This document shows, in pieces, positions 37,892 to 46,663 of a stretch of DNA of 64,000 bases. Below the pieces are notes generated by a model that was given only the letters and a program-made list of their open reading frames with translations, was not told where the DNA came from and did no database searches. The DNA comes from Candidatus Eremiobacteria bacterium (GTDB lineage: Bacteria; Vulcanimicrobiota; Vulcanimicrobiia; Vulcanimicrobiales; Vulcanimicrobiaceae). Where the stretch lies: NCBI GenBank assembly GCA_963758295.1, contig CAVWUU010000004.1, positions 768,001 through 832,000 of the forward strand, in the 5' to 3' direction. Numbering within the stretch: the first letter of the stretch is position 1; each line of letters opens with the position of its first letter. A program made the position numbers and the translations under genes.

Positions 37892-38715
37892 CAGGCCGCG
37901 TCCTAATCACGGGAGCGTCCACGGGCATCGGCGCGGCGGCGACCACGGCGCTTGCCAAGGACGGTTGGCGAGTTTACGCGGGAGTGCGAAACGCGCATGA
38001 CGCAAACGCTCTGGCGGCTGCGTCGGCCAATATCACGCCCGTGTCACTGGACGTCACGAGCGAGCAACAGATCAACGACGCGTTCGAGACGGTAGCGTCC
38101 GTCGAAACGAATGTAGATGCGGTAATCAACAACGCCGGCATTGCGCTTGGCGGTCCGCTCGAATACTTTCCAATTGAAGAATTCAAGCGGCTATTCGAAA
38201 CGAACCTCTTTGGCGCACTTGCGGTAACGCAGAAATTTCTGCCGATGCTTCGCCAGGCACCATCGCCGCGTTTGATCTTCGTCGGTTCCATTCAAGGCCG
38301 GCTGGCTATGCCGTACATTGCGCCGTATAGTGCCTCCAAGTTTGCGCTGCGCGCTATGGCGGACGCGCTGCGCGTCGAGCTCGCGCCGAAAATCGTCGTG
38401 TCGCTGATCGAGCCCGCGTCGGTCAAGACGCCGATTTGGCGCAAAGGCCGGGAAACGAGCGAAGCGATGAGAGGGCGCATTCCGCCCGATGCGCCGGAGC
38501 ATTATTTCGGCGCAATAGAGGCCGTTTTGCAAGAGACGGAATATCAAGAGCGCAACGGGATGCCGGTCGAGCGCGTAACAGCCGCGATCCGGCACGCGCT
38601 TTCCGATCGGCCGCGCGCTACGTATCTCGTCGGTGCATCGGCACGCGCGGGCAGCATTGTTGCCTTGCTTCCCACAGCGTGGCGAGACTGGTTGCTGCGA
38701 CGTTCTTTCCGATAA
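37888..38715 (+). CDS. SDR family oxidoreductase
   Basis: TGASTGIG, NNAG, YSASK. Confidence 0.92.
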   Translation: MTGRVLITGASTGIGAAATTALAKDGWRVYAGVRNAHDANALAAASANITPVSLDVTSEQQINDAFETVASVETNVDAVINNAGIALGGPLEYFPIEEFKRLFETNLFGALAVTQKFLPMLRQAPSPRLIFVGSIQGRLAMPYIAPYSASKFALRAMADALRVELAPKIVVSLIEPASVKTPIWRKGRETSEAMRGRIPPDAPEHYFGAIEAVLQETEYQERNGMPVERVTAAIRHALSDRPRATYLVGASARAGSIVALLPTAWRDWLLRRSFR

Positions 38716-38735
38716 AGGGTCAACGAAAACATTTC

Positions 38736-39080
38736 ATGCAAGAAGTCCATCCGAAGTGGCTAAAAAGCGGCCTCGTCCTTGTTTGCGAGCGCTGTTCCAA
38801 AGAACGCATTCCCGAAGAAACGCCCCTCATCGCCGAAAAAATGGGCGACTTCAATTTGCGTGACTGGCTGAAGAAAGAACTCAAGCAAAACGACGAGTGG
38901 GGGCCGGTTCGCGTTATCTCGACGAGCTGCATGGACGTCTGCGCAAAAGGCAAAGTCACCGTTTGTCTAGATCCGAAAAACGGTGACTCGCCCGAAGTAG
39001 TGATCGTTGATCCGGTCGCGGAAAAGCATGAACTATACGGAAGAATCGTCGACCGGCTCGGCCGCAAAGACGGCCGGTAG
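38736..39080 (+). CDS. Thioredoxin-like (2Fe-2S) ferredoxin domain protein
   Basis: VLVCERC ... TSCMDVC four-Cys pattern. Confidence 0.7.
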   Translation: MQEVHPKWLKSGLVLVCERCSKERIPEETPLIAEKMGDFNLRDWLKKELKQNDEWGPVRVISTSCMDVCAKGKVTVCLDPKNGDSPEVVIVDPVAEKHELYGRIVDRLGRKDGR

Positions 39081-39081
39081 G

Positions 39082-39411
39082 TTACACCCCGGCAGGTTGG
39101 CGGGAAACGTTCCCGCGAGCTTTCGCCGCTTTGTTCAATCCGATTTTTAGATCTTCGACGTTCATGACCGGGAAGAATTCGATCCTGGCTCCGGCGTGCA
39201 AGAACCAAGGTTCGGCAATGACAGGAATTTCGGACTGGTCTATCAGATCGAAGACAAAAAGCGCCGTTCTCTTTCCGTCCTCGGGATAGAAATATGCAGC
39301 TTCGGGCTTAACGCGTTCCATGAACCCTTGAATCAACTCCGGAAGTAATCCGCTCGAAACCGCGCCGTTGCTCCGGTCCGTGTCCATCGAGATTCTTAGT
39401 AGCGTCCGCAT
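39082..39411 (-). CDS. Small conserved protein (DUF3303-like)
   Basis: KPEAAYF..DGKRTA..VFDL..IP.IAEPWF..GA.IEF.PVM. Confidence 0.7.
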   Translation of the reverse strand: MRTLLRISMDTDRSNGAVSSGLLPELIQGFMERVKPEAAYFYPEDGKRTALFVFDLIDQSEIPVIAEPWFLHAGARIEFFPVMNVEDLKIGLNKAAKARGNVSRQPAGV

Positions 39412-39531
39412 AATGCACCTCGTAAAGAGAAGCACACCTCGCGCATACAATCGTAGCATAGGAGAGTGGGGTAATGCGTGACTTCGCGGGACGCGCGCAT
39501 CATTAAAGGAGAAATTGGCAAGACTGCGTCG

Positions 39532-40420
39532 CTAGCCGGAAATCGATTCGGCACGGAGGTGGGTCTCTTCGGTGTGAGGTGAAGGCTGTTCGGATTTGAG
39601 GGTGGACATGTCGATGGTGAAGCGGTATTTGACGTCGGATTTGAGAAGGCGTTCGTAAGCGGCGTTGGCGTTTTGTATGGGAATGACTTCGACGTCGGCG
39701 GTGATGTTGTTGGCGCCGCAAAAGTCCAGCATTTCTTGCGTTTCGCGAAGGCCCCCGATGTTGGAGCCGGAGAGACTGCGACGTCCGGTGATGAGTGCGA
39801 AGGCGGTAACGCTTAGCGGTTTTGGCGGAGCGCCTACGAGGGTCAGGTTGCCGTCGCGGCCGAGGAGTTCTAAGTAAGCATCGATGTCGTGGTCGGCGGA
39901 AACGGTGTCGAGAATAAAGTCGAAGGTTCCGACGTACGCGTCCATCTCACCGGCGTTGCGAGAAACGACGACTTCATCGGCGCCAAGGCGGAATGCGTCG
40001 GCCTTTTTGTTTTCGGAAGTCGTAAAAACGACGGTATGGGCGCCGAACGCTCGCGCGAATTTAACGGCCATGTGGCCAAGGCCGCCGAGGCCAACGACGC
40101 CGACTTTTTTGCCTTTTGTGACGCCCCAGTGACGCATCGGCGAATAGGTCGTGATGCCGGCGCATAGCAGCGGTGCTGCCCCGGCGGGATCGAGATTTTT
40201 CGGCACGCGCAACACGAAGCTCTCGTCGACGACTATGGAGCCGGAATATCCGCCGTACGTTACGCCGCCCAGGTGCTTGTCGGAACCGTTGAACGTTAGC
40301 ACCATATTCGGACAGAAATTTTCGTAATCGTCTTTGCACTGATCGCACGTTTTGTCGGAATCGACGGGGCAACCGACGCCCACCATTTCACCCGGTCCGA
40401 ATTTGGTGACCGCCGATCTC
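39532..40420 (-). pseudogene. 5'-truncated Zn-dependent alcohol dehydrogenase (cinnamyl ADH/YahK-like)
   Basis: APLLCAGITTYSP, GLGGLGHM, DVKYRF present; homology starts at SAVTKF, lacking the N-terminal Cys and GHE zinc ligands. Confidence 0.8.
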
Positions 40421-40434
40421 GTTCCCGGCAAAAC

Positions 40435-40463
40435 AAAAAAACCGCTCTTTCGAACGGTTTTTT
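40435..40463 (-). terminator. Intrinsic terminator of sigH
   Basis: Minus strand AAAAAACCGTTC-GAAA-GAGCGG followed by a T run. Confidence 0.85.
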
Positions 40464-40485
40464 CGCAGATTGTTGCAGCTGTTTC

Positions 40486-41133
40486 CTACTGAAACTCGAA
40501 CTCCGCGAGGTTCTTTTCGATCTTCCGCTTCACGCGCTGCAGAGCGTTGTCGATCGACTTCACGTGACGGCCGAGGTCACGAGCCATCTCCTGGTAGCTC
40601 TTGCCCTCGAGGTAGGACTCAAGCACCTGCGATTCCAGCTCGGAAAGATTTTGGCGAATGCGCTGCCGGATGTCGTCGGAGACTTCCTGCGTTACGACCA
40701 GTTCCTCGGGATCCGAGGTTTTCTGCGACGCCATAACGTCGAGCAGCGTACGTTCGCTGTCCTCGTCGTAAATCGGCTTGTTCAGCGAGATGTACTGGTT
40801 GAGCGGAATGTGCTTCTGACGCGTCGCGGTCTTGATGGCCGTGATGATCTGGCGCGTGATACATAACTCCGCGAACGCGCGAAAACTCGAAAGCTTGTCC
40901 GCTTTGAAGTCGCGCACGGCTTTATAGAGGCCGATCATACCTTCTTGGATGATGTCCTCGCGGTCCGCACCGATCAGGAAGTAACTCTTGGCTTTGATCC
41001 GGACGAAATTTTTGTATTTGTTCAGGAGATACTCCATCGCCAGGTTGTCGCCCGATTTCGCGATGGCAACGAGATCTTCGTCCGCCCGCTCGTTGTACTC
41101 CAAACCATCCGAAACGGGATGGGTCATAGCCAT
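40486..41133 (-). CDS. sigH: RNA polymerase sigma factor SigH
   Basis: YFLIGADREDIIQEGMIGLYKA, RQKHIPLN, KSIDNALQRVKRK. Confidence 0.95.
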   Translation of the reverse strand: MAMTHPVSDGLEYNERADEDLVAIAKSGDNLAMEYLLNKYKNFVRIKAKSYFLIGADREDIIQEGMIGLYKAVRDFKADKLSSFRAFAELCITRQIITAIKTATRQKHIPLNQYISLNKPIYDEDSERTLLDVMASQKTSDPEELVVTQEVSDDIRQRIRQNLSELESQVLESYLEGKSYQEMARDLGRHVKSIDNALQRVKRKIEKNLAEFEFQ

Positions 41134-41211
41134 AGTATTTTGTAAGCCTCGTGGTGTCGATACGCCGAAAAAACGCAGGCCGTAGCCCGTCGAACGCGGC
41201 ACATCCACGCA

Positions 41212-41240
41212 ATTATAGGAGGGGGTCCTCCTCCCGTCAA
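41212..41240 (-). promoter_or_regulatory. Sigma70 promoter of sigH
   Basis: TTGACG-N17-TATAAT; spacer contains a GGAGG/CCTCC inverted repeat. Confidence 0.75.
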
Positions 41241-41315
41241 GCGTATTCCGCGGAGGCTTTTTGCTAAGCTAGCAGTTCGAATTTGGGCCAAGCTGCTGAG
41301 GAAGCAGTGCCCTGC

Positions 41316-42167
41316 TTAGCCGGAGACCCGGGCGGCCTCACGTTGCCGGAGCACTTCATACAGTAGGACGCCGGCAGCCACGGAAGCGTTGAGCGATTCG
41401 GTCTTGCCCCGCATTGGGACGCTGACCAGGTAATCGCACTCGCGACGGACCAGCTGCGCCAGCCCTTCGCCTTCAGCGCCAATAACCAAAGCCAGATCCC
41501 GGTCGAAATCGGCTTCGCCCATGGGCACGGACCCTTCTCCGGCATCGGCGCCCGCGATCCAGATTCCGGCCTTCTTTAGGGTTCGGATCGTTTCGTTAAT
41601 GTTGGACACCCGCACGACCGGGAGGTACGTTGCCGCGCCCGCGGCGGCTTTCCGGACGGTGGCATTCACGCCGGCGGAGCGCCGCTCAGGAAGGACGACT
41701 GCCGTGGCGCCCGAGCACTCAGCCGTGCGGATGATTGCACCTACGTTGTGCGGATCGGTGAGGTGGTCAAGGAGCACGAAGAGCGCCGGAGAGGTCCCGC
41801 GTTCCCTCAGGACCTCGTTTAGGTCGGCGTATTGGAACGGCGGCGCCATGGCGACGACGCCCTGATGCGTTTTGAACGGAAGCTGCGTGAAGAATCCACG
41901 ATCCTCGAAACGCACGGGGATGTTGCGTTCTTTCGCATCGGCGATGATCTTGCGCAGCAGCGGATCGCGTTTGCGTTCGTCGGATACGTGAATGCCGCGC
42001 AACGGTTCGTCCGCATTGAGCGCTTCTTCCACGACGTGAATGCCGTACATCACGTCATCGAAATCGAGTTTTGGTTTCGGCCGGCGCGGCGCACCGCCGC
42101 CGAACTTCGGCTTCGGTCTGCCGCCTTTCGGCTGATCGCTCGACCGATCTACGCGACGACGGTCCAA
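41316..42167 (-). CDS. rlmB: 23S rRNA Gm2251 methyltransferase
   Basis: HQGVVA, DPHNVGAIIRTA, IGAEGEG, SLNASVA; TTG start after AAGGGG. Confidence 0.93.
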   Translation of the reverse strand: MDRRRVDRSSDQPKGGRPKPKFGGGAPRRPKPKLDFDDVMYGIHVVEEALNADEPLRGIHVSDERKRDPLLRKIIADAKERNIPVRFEDRGFFTQLPFKTHQGVVAMAPPFQYADLNEVLRERGTSPALFVLLDHLTDPHNVGAIIRTAECSGATAVVLPERRSAGVNATVRKAAAGAATYLPVVRVSNINETIRTLKKAGIWIAGADAGEGSVPMGEADFDRDLALVIGAEGEGLAQLVRRECDYLVSVPMRGKTESLNASVAAGVLLYEVLRQREAARVSG

Positions 42168-42562
42168 GTGGTCCCCTTTCCCCAAAGTGCTTTGCACTTC
42201 GGGGACCCCAGAGCTTTAACAGCACTGCGCGCTTCGCGCTGCGCGCCCCCACGGGCAAAGCCCGCGGGTCCCCACTTCACGACAAGACGGTCCAAGTGGT
42301 CCCCTTTCCCCAAAGTGCTTTGCACTTCGGGGACCCCAGAGCTTTAACAGCACTGCGCGCTTCGCGCTGCGCGCCCCCACGGGCAAAGCCCGCGGGTCCC
42401 CACTTCACGACAAGACGGTCCAAGTGGTCCCCCTTTCCCCAAAGTGCTTTGCACTTCGGGGACCCCAGAGCTTTAACAGCACTGCGCGCTTCGCGCTGCG
42501 CGCCCCCACGGGCAAAGCCCGCGGGTCCCCACTTCACGACAAGACGGTCCAAGAGGTCCCTT
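42158..42562. repeat. Three tandem copies of a 128/128/129-bp palindromic unit plus partial fourth boundary
   Basis: gacggtccaag units start at 42158, 42286, 42414, 42543; identical apart from one C in a homopolymer. Confidence 0.95.
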
Positions 42563-43979
42563 CCTTTGAGTCTTTGATGGCGATGCCGCAGCGCATGAGG
42601 GCGTCGCGGAGGCGGTCGGAGGCGGCGAAATCTTTGCGCTCGCGCGCTTCACGCCGCACGTTGATGACGTTTTCGAGGGCTTGTTCGGGCGTTTCGCCGT
42701 TGAACGGAATTTCCGTGCCGAGTTCGGCGCGTAAGCGCTCCAGCAAATCGACCGGCAACAGGGCTTCGGCTTCTTTAAGCCACTCTTCGTTCGGTTCGAG
42801 TCCGAGCAGCCACAGCGCGCGTTCGAATTCGCAACGGCCGCCGGCGTTCTCCACAACCGCCCATTGAAGCAGTTCAGCGAGCGCAACCGACGTATTCATA
42901 TCGTCGCTCAACGCAGCTTCCATCTTTGGCAGCAGTGTTTGCTCGTCGCGCTTCGGCAGCACCGGATCGAACGGAACGAGACGCCGGTACGTCTTCTTCA
43001 ACCGATCCAGCGTCATCATCGATGCCGCAAGCGACTCGTCGGTAAAGTTCATTACCTTGCTGTAGCCCGTCGATAAAAACGTCAAGCGAATCGCCTGCGG
43101 GTCGTGCCGCGCAACCAAGTCCGAAAGCGGCTCGAAATTGCCCAGCGATTTGGACATCTTGCGTCCGTCGAAATTTAGCAAACCGCCGTGAACCCAGAAG
43201 TTCGCCATTGGCGGATGACCCATGAGCGGCTCGCTTTGCGCGATTTCATTTTCATGGTGCGGAAAGATCAAATCCGCGCCGCCGCCGTGGATATCGAATC
43301 CCATGCCGTCGGGGTCGAGCAATGTTTTAGACATTGCCGAGCACTCGATATGCCAGCCGGGGCGTCCTTCGCCATATCCCTCAAACGTCCAGAACGGCTC
43401 ACCGGGTTTGGCAAATTTCCACAGGGCAAAATCGAGGGGGTTTTCTTTATGCTCGTCGACTTCGATGCGCGCGCCCGCTTCGAGCTCTTCGATGTTGCGA
43501 TTGCTCAGCTTCCCGTAAGCCGGAAACGTGCTGACGCGATAATAGATGCCGTCTTGCGAAACGTAGGCGTGTCCGCACTTTAGCAGCTCGAGGATCATCG
43601 CTTGAATCTGTGCGATGTACTTTGTTGCGTACGGTTCGACGTCGGGGTCGCGAACGCTGAGTTTCTTCATCGAAGCTTTGAAGCTGCGATAAAAACCCAT
43701 GACTATTTCGTGCCAGTCTTCGCCGGTTTCGCGCGCGCGGTTGATGCTGCGATCGTCGATGTCGGTAACATTCTGAACGTAGGTTACGTCGTAACCGCTA
43801 TGTTCCAGAAACCGGCGCAGCAGGTCGAAAAACAAGAACGAACGCGCGTGGCCCAAATGCGCTTCAGCCGACGGCGTGAGCCCGCAAACGTAAATACGAA
43901 CGTCCCGGCCGCGCAGCGGCTTGAACGTCTCGGTCTTCCGGGTGCGAGTGTTGTAGAGTCTTAAATCACCCACGACCAC
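42534..43979 (-). CDS. cysS: Cysteine-tRNA ligase
   Basis: YVCG, HLGH, GRPGWHIECSAM, KMSKS, DDMNT. Confidence 0.97.
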   Translation of the reverse strand: MVVGDLRLYNTRTRKTETFKPLRGRDVRIYVCGLTPSAEAHLGHARSFLFFDLLRRFLEHSGYDVTYVQNVTDIDDRSINRARETGEDWHEIVMGFYRSFKASMKKLSVRDPDVEPYATKYIAQIQAMILELLKCGHAYVSQDGIYYRVSTFPAYGKLSNRNIEELEAGARIEVDEHKENPLDFALWKFAKPGEPFWTFEGYGEGRPGWHIECSAMSKTLLDPDGMGFDIHGGGADLIFPHHENEIAQSEPLMGHPPMANFWVHGGLLNFDGRKMSKSLGNFEPLSDLVARHDPQAIRLTFLSTGYSKVMNFTDESLAASMMTLDRLKKTYRRLVPFDPVLPKRDEQTLLPKMEAALSDDMNTSVALAELLQWAVVENAGGRCEFERALWLLGLEPNEEWLKEAEALLPVDLLERLRAELGTEIPFNGETPEQALENVINVRREARERKDFAASDRLRDALMRCGIAIKDSKEGTSWTVLS

Positions 43980-44671
43980 GCTTCTTCGCTCTGGTCGGGT
44001 TCAATTTCAGCAAGGCGGTTTTCCATGTCATCTAAGCGGCGCTGCAATTGCCGGATCGCGTCGGCATTGGGATCTGGCAGATCGACCTGCGGACGGTCGG
44101 GCACGACCCGTACCGGCTTCCCGTCTTGCGCGACAACGTGCGCCGGAATTCCGACGACGGTTGCGTTGGGCGGCACGTCGCGAACGACCACCGAACCGCC
44201 GCCGACCTTCGCGGAATCACCCACGTAGATTGCGCCGAGTACCGCGGCGTTCACGCCCACGGTCACATTCTTCCCCAGAGTCGGATGACGTTTGCCGTGC
44301 GACAGACTCGTGCCGCCTAGGGTGACGCCCTGGTAAATCGTGCAGCCGTCGCCGACTTCGGCCGTCTCACCGATGACAACCCCCATGCCATGATCGATGA
44401 AGACGTTTTGTCCGATCTTTGCGCCCGGATGGATTTCGATGCCGGTCAAAAAACGCGCGATGTGCGAAAACCACCGCGGCAAGATCGGCACGCCCATGCC
44501 GTGCAATGCATGGTTGAACCGGTAGGCGGTAATCGCGTGAAAACCCGGATACGACAAGACGACGTCGAGCCAGCCGCGTACGGCGGGATCCCGCTGAAGC
44601 GGGACCCGCAGGTCGTTCATAAACGTCTGCAGCGGCGTGGGCATGTCGTTTAGTTTAACCGTTAAAGTCAA
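43961..44671 (-). CDS. cysE: Serine O-acetyltransferase
   Basis: RDPA, TGIEIHPGA, FIDHGMGVVIGET, KRHPT; start could be 44644. Confidence 0.95.
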   Translation of the reverse strand: MTLTVKLNDMPTPLQTFMNDLRVPLQRDPAVRGWLDVVLSYPGFHAITAYRFNHALHGMGVPILPRWFSHIARFLTGIEIHPGAKIGQNVFIDHGMGVVIGETAEVGDGCTIYQGVTLGGTSLSHGKRHPTLGKNVTVGVNAAVLGAIYVGDSAKVGGGSVVVRDVPPNATVVGIPAHVVAQDGKPVRVVPDRPQVDLPDPNADAIRQLQRRLDDMENRLAEIEPDQSEEAWSWVI

Positions 44672-45228
44672 GGCTTGGTTGAGTCAGGTGGTGTCGATTT
44701 GATGGGCTCGAAGGGCTTGCCGTCGGGACCGTACCGGATCGGTTCGAGCCCACGTCCATGCAAAAGCCGCGAATTTACGGCCCCAATTCGCATCAGCATG
44801 CGGTCGTGCCCGAGCAAGGGGAAAAGCAACTCCAAGGGCGGTCCCTCTTTCTGCCCCGTCAACGCCATGCGGGCGGCCGCCTTTGCATCGGCCGGGTCGA
44901 TGCCAAATTCTGCGCCGATGACCGGGATATCATGCTCTAGGGGCAGCCCGCGCAACTCTGGCTGCGAATCGACGTATTGACCGACGGCATCCAAGAAAAA
45001 CAAGACCTGCCGCGTTCGCAGCCGCTCGAGTTCAAGCGCCGGAATAACGCACGCTTCGGCGCGTAACGCTGCAACCGGCGCGAACGCGTCGTCGGTCGTT
45101 TGCAATTCCTTGCCGTACGCTTCGAGAAACGTGTCGATCCAGCGAAGTGCGGCGTTCGGAGCGGGATCCTCGAGAAATCCCCATCGTTGCATCGCCGTCA
45201 TGAGTTGCGCGTTGCTGACTTGTGCCAT
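44668..45228 (-). CDS. Stand-alone protein resembling the GluRS C-terminal anticodon-binding domain
   Basis: ARMALTGQKEGPPLELLFPLLGHDRMLMRI matches the GluRS C-terminal pattern; no HIGH/KMSKS; gltX position. Confidence 0.7.
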   Translation of the reverse strand: MAQVSNAQLMTAMQRWGFLEDPAPNAALRWIDTFLEAYGKELQTTDDAFAPVAALRAEACVIPALELERLRTRQVLFFLDAVGQYVDSQPELRGLPLEHDIPVIGAEFGIDPADAKAAARMALTGQKEGPPLELLFPLLGHDRMLMRIGAVNSRLLHGRGLEPIRYGPDGKPFEPIKSTPPDSTKP

Positions 45229-45233
45229 GGCCC

Positions 45234-45707
45234 CTACCGTTCGATGGCGGCAACCGCGTAGGCCGCAATGCCGCTCCCATCGCCCGTATACCCCATGCCT
45301 TCGCTGGTCTTCGCTTTGACGCTCACATCTTCGAGCCCGAGCCCAAGGCGGCGCGCCACGTTCTCGCGCATCGCCGCGATAAAGGGTGCGAGTTTCGGAC
45401 GGTCCACAACAATCGTCGCATCGATGTTGCCGATGCGATATCCCGCTTCACGAAGTTTGAATGCGCACGCTTCCAAGAGCCCCATGGAATCGGCGTCTTT
45501 CCACTGCGGGTCGTTATCGGGAAAATGCGCGCCTAAATCGCCGAGCGCCGCCGCTCCGAGCAACGCGTCGGAAATCGCGTGCGCCACAACGTCGGCATCC
45601 GAGTGTCCCAGTGCGCCGCGTTCGAAGGGAATTTCGATGCCGCCGAGCACCAGCCGCCGCCCTTGGACAAGACGGTGCGCATCAAAACCGTGCCCGAATC
45701 GCGTCAT
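45234..45707 (-). CDS. ispF: MECDP synthase
   Basis: GHGFDAH, GHSDADV, VKAKTSE. Confidence 0.96.
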   Translation of the reverse strand: MTRFGHGFDAHRLVQGRRLVLGGIEIPFERGALGHSDADVVAHAISDALLGAAALGDLGAHFPDNDPQWKDADSMGLLEACAFKLREAGYRIGNIDATIVVDRPKLAPFIAAMRENVARRLGLGLEDVSVKAKTSEGMGYTGDGSGIAAYAVAAIER

Positions 45708-46663
45708 TCGCGCACGCCCGCGTTTTCATCCCGGCCGGCATAGTGTGAAAATCGCGTTGCGAAAGTTGCGGTGCCGTCGGCGAACGCCTCGAACCGCGCC
45801 GTGAAACCGCGCAGCCGTTCCGACGGAATAAATGCGCGCACCCCAACGCCTTGCGGAAGATCGCGTTCGACGCCGTCGATTCGCGCACCGCGCGATTCGA
45901 GTTCCGTTCGAATGGCTTCCACCAATGCGTCGTCGGCGAAGACTTCGATAAAGAGCACTTCTTCTTCCGACGGCGAGTGCTCCATCCGTTCGCGTAAGAG
46001 CGCTTCGGCGCGCGCGACGTCTTCGGGATTCGTCACCTTGAAGTTCTCCGCTCCCGCGGGCACGACAACGACCTCGATTCCAAGTTGCTCGAGAAGCGCT
46101 GCGTCGTCGGTTGCGTCGACGCCGTTCTTCTGCGCTTGCGCGTGCGCGCGCACCAGATCGTTACGCATTGCAAACTGTGGCGTTTGCGCCGCCCAGAGCT
46201 CCCCGCGCGCGAGCGTTTGGCGCACCGTCATCGTTGCGGCATCGACGCGTTTGATCGTGTCGACGACCGGCGCGGCGAGCACGGCGGCGCGATTGCGCGA
46301 AACCGCATTCATGCCGGAACGCACGTCATGCGCACGAACGAGCGGACGCGCCCCGTCATGCACGAACACCGCATTACAACGCGACGAAAGGCCCAACAGC
46401 GCTTTGTGCGCGCTCTGCTGCCGCGTCTCGCCGCCCGCAACTACTCTCACGGGCTGATGCGGCGCGAGTTGTGCTGCGAGCATTTGCATCGGCTCGATCC
46501 ACTCGTCTTCGGTCGCGATCGCGATTTCTTCGACTTCCGGCATCGCGCCGAAGGTGCGTAACGACCAACCGACGAGTGGCAAGCCCGCTACTTCGACGAA
46601 TTGCTTCGGCCGGCCGAAACGCGTTCCACGGCCCGCTGCAACGATAAGAGCACCCCAGATCAT
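45704..46663 (-). CDS. ispD: MEP cytidylyltransferase with extra C-terminal domain
   Basis: AAGRGTRFG..KQF, HDGARP, AQTPQ, TDDA, NFKVT; about 95 extra C-terminal residues. Confidence 0.93.
   Translation of the reverse strand: MIWGALIVAAGRGTRFGRPKQFVEVAGLPLVGWSLRTFGAMPEVEEIAIATEDEWIEPMQMLAAQLAPHQPVRVVAGGETRQQSAHKALLGLSSRCNAVFVHDGARPLVRAHDVRSGMNAVSRNRAAVLAAPVVDTIKRVDAATMTVRQTLARGELWAAQTPQFAMRNDLVRAHAQAQKNGVDATDDAALLEQLGIEVVVVPAGAENFKVTNPEDVARAEALLRERMEHSPSEEEVLFIEVFADDALVEAIRTELESRGARIDGVERDLPQGVGVRAFIPSERLRGFTARFEAFADGTATFATRFSHYAGRDENAGVRE

Noticed and set aside
42158..42562. CRISPR array
   Set aside because: Whole units are identical with no unique spacers, the period is too long, and no cas genes are present
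43980..45230. T-box riboswitch before cysE/cysS
   Set aside because: Genes overlap with no leader space, and no T-box motif was seen
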